Positions 50,778-52,722 of a stretch of 52,722 nucleotides of DNA are shown piece after piece. The notes beneath the pieces are model-generated. The model saw only the letters and a program-made list of their open reading frames with translations. It was not told where the DNA came from and made no database searches. Every line of letters starts with the position of its first letter. Within the stretch, counting starts at the first letter, position 1. The stretch comes from an uncultured Bdellovibrionales bacterium (lineage in GTDB: Bacteria; Patescibacteriota; Minisyncoccia; Moranbacterales; UBA2206). The DNA lies in NCBI GenBank assembly GCA_964438025.1, contig CAYTIK010000003.1, positions 7,433 through 60,154 on the forward strand, read 5' to 3'. The position numbers and the translations under genes are program-made.

Positions 50778-50860
50778 TGGGCGGAGCGGGACTCGAACCC
50801 GCATGCTTTGTGAGCGCGACATTTTAAGTGTCGAGTGTATACCAATTTCACCATCCGCCC
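50778..50860 (-). tRNA. tRNA-Leu (anticodon TAA), class II
   Basis: The acceptor stem is GGGCGGA / TCCGCCC and the anticodon arm is CGACA-CTTAAAA-TGTCG. It has a 14-nt variable arm and the T arm GCGGG-TTCGAGT-CCCGC. Confidence 0.88.
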
Positions 50861-50865
50861 GTAAT

Positions 50866-51384
50866 TCATTTCTTTTTCCTATTGCGTCCTCTATGCGTGG
50901 GTTTGAGGCTGTGACAGTTTGGACAAAGAACTCTTAAATTTTCAATCCTATTATCCATACTATCTCCGTTTATATGATCAAGCTCTAAAGGAATTCTTCC
51001 ATCTTTTGATTTTTCTTGCCAGCCACATTCTTCACAATATTGTGGTTTCAACTTAGCTGTAAATAATCGTTTTTTTAATTTATAACTCTGGAAAGAAATG
51101 TTCTTTTTTAAAATATCTTTTAACTTAATTTGTGGTTTACCGATTCCTCGTAAACCTTTATTCCATCCTTGTCCTGTAAAATGTTTAGTATCGATTCTAT
51201 ATTCCCCAATGTATTTATGAACTTGAGAATAATTGCCTCCAGCCATTCTTAAATTTAAAAATCTAAGTACTTGTCGAATACTCTTTGATTTTTTTACGGC
51301 CTCTCTGAGATTATTTTCATTCCATCTTCTTTTTCTATTCATAAGGGTATACATGTAAGATATATCACTATATAAGTATACCAC
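50866..51384 (-). CDS. Free-standing HNH endonuclease
   Basis: It has the motif CEECGWQEKSKDGRIPLELDHINGDSMDNRIENLRVLCPNCHS and an N-terminal helix-turn-helix-like region. The likely start is the ATG at 51342 (MNRKRRW), because the track start is a GTG. Confidence 0.8.
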   Translation of the reverse strand: MVYLYSDISYMYTLMNRKRRWNENNLREAVKKSKSIRQVLRFLNLRMAGGNYSQVHKYIGEYRIDTKHFTGQGWNKGLRGIGKPQIKLKDILKKNISFQSYKLKKRLFTAKLKPQYCEECGWQEKSKDGRIPLELDHINGDSMDNRIENLRVLCPNCHSLKPTHRGRNRKKK

Positions 51385-51405
51385 TTTTTGTTAAAGAATA
51401 AAAGG

Positions 51406-51476
51406 AGGTCCGAAGCGGAGTTGAACCGCTGTGAAAGGTTTTGCAGACCTTTGCCTAACCGCTCGGCCATCGGACC
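51406..51476 (-). tRNA. tRNA-Cys (anticodon GCA)
   Basis: The acceptor stem is GGTCCGA / TCGGACC and the anticodon arm is AAGGT-CTGCAAA-ACCTT. The T arm is AGCGG-TTCAACT-CCGCT. It is 71 nt long. Confidence 0.88.
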
Positions 51477-51508
51477 AAAATATAAATAAGACACTTAATA
51501 ATAATATT

Positions 51509-51591
51509 TTGTCATCCTGAACTTGTTTCAGGATCTAATGAGGAATAACTTATTTTTAGATTAGATTCCGGTTCGGAGGCCGGAATGACAA
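51509..51591. repeat. Repeat family 1, full unit
   Basis: It reads TTGTCAT-CCTGAA-cttg-TTCAGG-ATCTAAT, a loop, then ATTAGAT-TCCGG-ttcggagg-CCGGA-ATGACAA. Confidence 0.7.
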
Positions 51592-51638
51592 TTATTGAAA
51601 TAACAAATTTAGCTTAACAAAAACCACTCTCTTGGTCA

Positions 51639-51669
51639 ATAAAAAATCACCCCGATTAATCGGGATGAT
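51639..51669 (-). terminator. Rho-independent terminator after the 3D-domain gene
   Basis: The stem ATCATCCCGAT / ATCGGGGTGAT forms a G-U pair only in the minus-strand RNA. It is followed by TTTTTT. Confidence 0.6.
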
Positions 51670-51675
51670 TTTTCT

Positions 51676-52248
51676 TTATTGCACCACTTCCGCTAAAAGA
51701 TTTCTGCGACCAAAAGCGAAAGCTTGTTTTTTAGTCTGCATATAGATGTCGAAGTGGTTGCCTTTGATAGCGCCACCACGATCTTCACAGACATAAGTTC
51801 CCATACCCTTGATTTTAATCTTGACTCCAAACGGGAATCCTGGAGGGCAAGCAATAGTGCGGTTTTCTTGAACCATAACTCCACTCGCCGTAATACCATC
51901 GCTTTTGCCGCATTCATCCGCAGCCGCCGTATAAGCGGAAGCGTTAATAGCGAACTCTTCTTTCGGCAAAATCGCGTTTTTGAGTCTGCTGGCAAAACGA
52001 GATAAAGTTTTTTCTCTTTTTAATTCTTCCGGAGTCTTAACTGGTTCATAACCTTCGAAGTTATAAGGAATTCCAGATAAGGATGGAGACCCTATTCGCA
52101 ATTTACCATCAACAATATGCAAGCTGTTAGACATCGTAAAATTTATTTTTGTTTCATTAGTGTTTTGGATACCCACTGCCAGAGCATGTTGTGGAGCTAC
52201 CATCGTCCAAATCATCGGCAGGGCTACTAAAAGCCTAATGATACGCAT
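51676..52248 (-). CDS. Secreted 3D-domain (MltA-like) cell-wall protein
   Basis: A signal peptide is followed by the C-terminal segment GKSDGITASGV...CPPGFPFGVKIKIKGMGTYVCEDRGGAIKGNHFDIY. Confidence 0.7.
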   Translation of the reverse strand: MRIIRLLVALPMIWTMVAPQHALAVGIQNTNETKINFTMSNSLHIVDGKLRIGSPSLSGIPYNFEGYEPVKTPEELKREKTLSRFASRLKNAILPKEEFAINASAYTAAADECGKSDGITASGVMVQENRTIACPPGFPFGVKIKIKGMGTYVCEDRGGAIKGNHFDIYMQTKKQAFAFGRRNLLAEVVQ

Positions 52249-52270
52249 AAATTGAATTTAATTGTTAAGT

Positions 52271-52302
52271 GGTTATCATCAGAAAGACTTTCTATGATAA
52301 CC
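52271..52302. promoter_or_regulatory. 32-nt palindrome at the predicted 5' end of the 3D-gene transcript
   Basis: GGTTATCAT(C)AGAAAG-a-CTTTCTATGATAACC forms 15 bp with one bulge. It lies just downstream of the extended -10-like TGCTATACT (minus strand, 52307-52315). Confidence 0.4.
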
Positions 52303-52410
52303 GAACAGTATAGCAAAAACCAATCTGATTGTCAAAGGTTTTCCACATAACTTGGCTCAAATAAGCCAAAGTATTTTTGAACAGGAGTGATTTGGGGCTT
52401 AAAAATGGAA

Positions 52411-52444
52411 TAAAAAAGCAATATTCTCTCGAAAGAATATTGCT
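52411..52444 (-). terminator. Rho-independent terminator after 52471-52698
   Basis: The stem AGCAATATTCT / AGAATATTGCT has a 6-nt loop. It is followed by TTTTTT on the minus strand. Confidence 0.6.
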
Positions 52445-52470
52445 TTAAATAAGCTAAAAATATGCTTTTT

Positions 52471-52698
52471 TTACGGCTTGGATTTTAAAATTTTATTGAT
52501 TTCATTTTCATCCTGGCAAGAGTATTGCATGTCTGGGGAATAAAAGCCTTTTTTTGGCCCGTAACAGCCATTATTGGTCTTGTCTAGGACAGCAAAATAA
52601 GGCATTAGGAAGGCCATATTCTTTCCTGTAAAGTATTGATAAAGATTTTCTAGGGTTTTATTGCGAGTTTCCTGATCCATTCTGGCGAAAATGCTCAT
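52471..52698 (-). CDS. 75-aa hypothetical protein
   Basis: It is supported only by the ORF and its dedicated terminator. No motif was recognised. Confidence 0.35.
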   Translation of the reverse strand: MSIFARMDQETRNKTLENLYQYFTGKNMAFLMPYFAVLDKTNNGCYGPKKGFYSPDMQYSCQDENEINKILKSKP

Positions 52699-52722
52699 AT
52701 CATCGCTTTTAATTCCACTCCA

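Noticed and set aside
50439-50813. Track ORF of 124 aa on the plus strand.
   Set aside because: It runs antisense through tRNA-Leu and the structured interval. It is a low-complexity F/S-rich translation with no ribosome-binding site.

Overview
This window is a low-GC, gene-dense bacterial chromosome segment. Its gene content and repeats look typical of a reduced-genome Candidate Phyla Radiation / Patescibacteria-like organism. All calls come from reading the sequence and ORF translations by eye; no searches or folding programs were run.

Overall layout:
- Origin region: dnaA-dnaN (minus strand) diverges from rpmH-rnpA-yidC-jag (plus strand) around 5.5-7.4 kb.
- Left edge: lexA sits 4 nt upstream of an edge-truncated N6-adenine methyltransferase that is missing from the ORF track. 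A small HNH protein is transcribed divergently from lexA.
- 9.2-14.9 kb: a surface-glycan cluster (Wzx-like flippase, two GT2 glycosyltransferases, two O-antigen-ligase/Wzy-like proteins).
- 14.9-30.2 kb, the most interesting block: twelve co-directional minus-strand genes forming a minimal type IV secretion-like module. It contains a T4SS-pilin-like protein fused to a Cys-rich putative zinc peptidase, a PrgI/VirB3-like protein, a VirB4 ATPase split in two, and a VirB6/TrbL-like protein. These are mixed with a 1007-aa surface protein, secreted ORFans, a degenerate CPBP-like protein and a TolB-like propeller. No relaxase, coupling protein or integrase occurs anywhere in the window.
- Remainder: housekeeping genes (ubiA-family, rsmA, comM, lspA, pnp, rpsO, infB, rbfA, nrnA, nfo, a family 4 uracil-DNA glycosylase (UDG) and dfx) and three tRNAs: Ser-CGA, Leu-TAA and Cys-GCA. 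An HNH endonuclease gene lies between the last two.

Non-coding structure:
- A modular palindromic repeat family, with nine half-units at five loci.
- A roughly 140-nt element bounded by terminal inverted repeats, present in two copies.
- Heptad microsatellites in several spacers.
- A recurrent TGCTATA(A/C)T extended -10 promoter motif.
- Two unusually long non-coding intervals, 36716-37355 and 50368-50777.

No rRNA genes, CRISPR arrays, transposases or integrases were seen.
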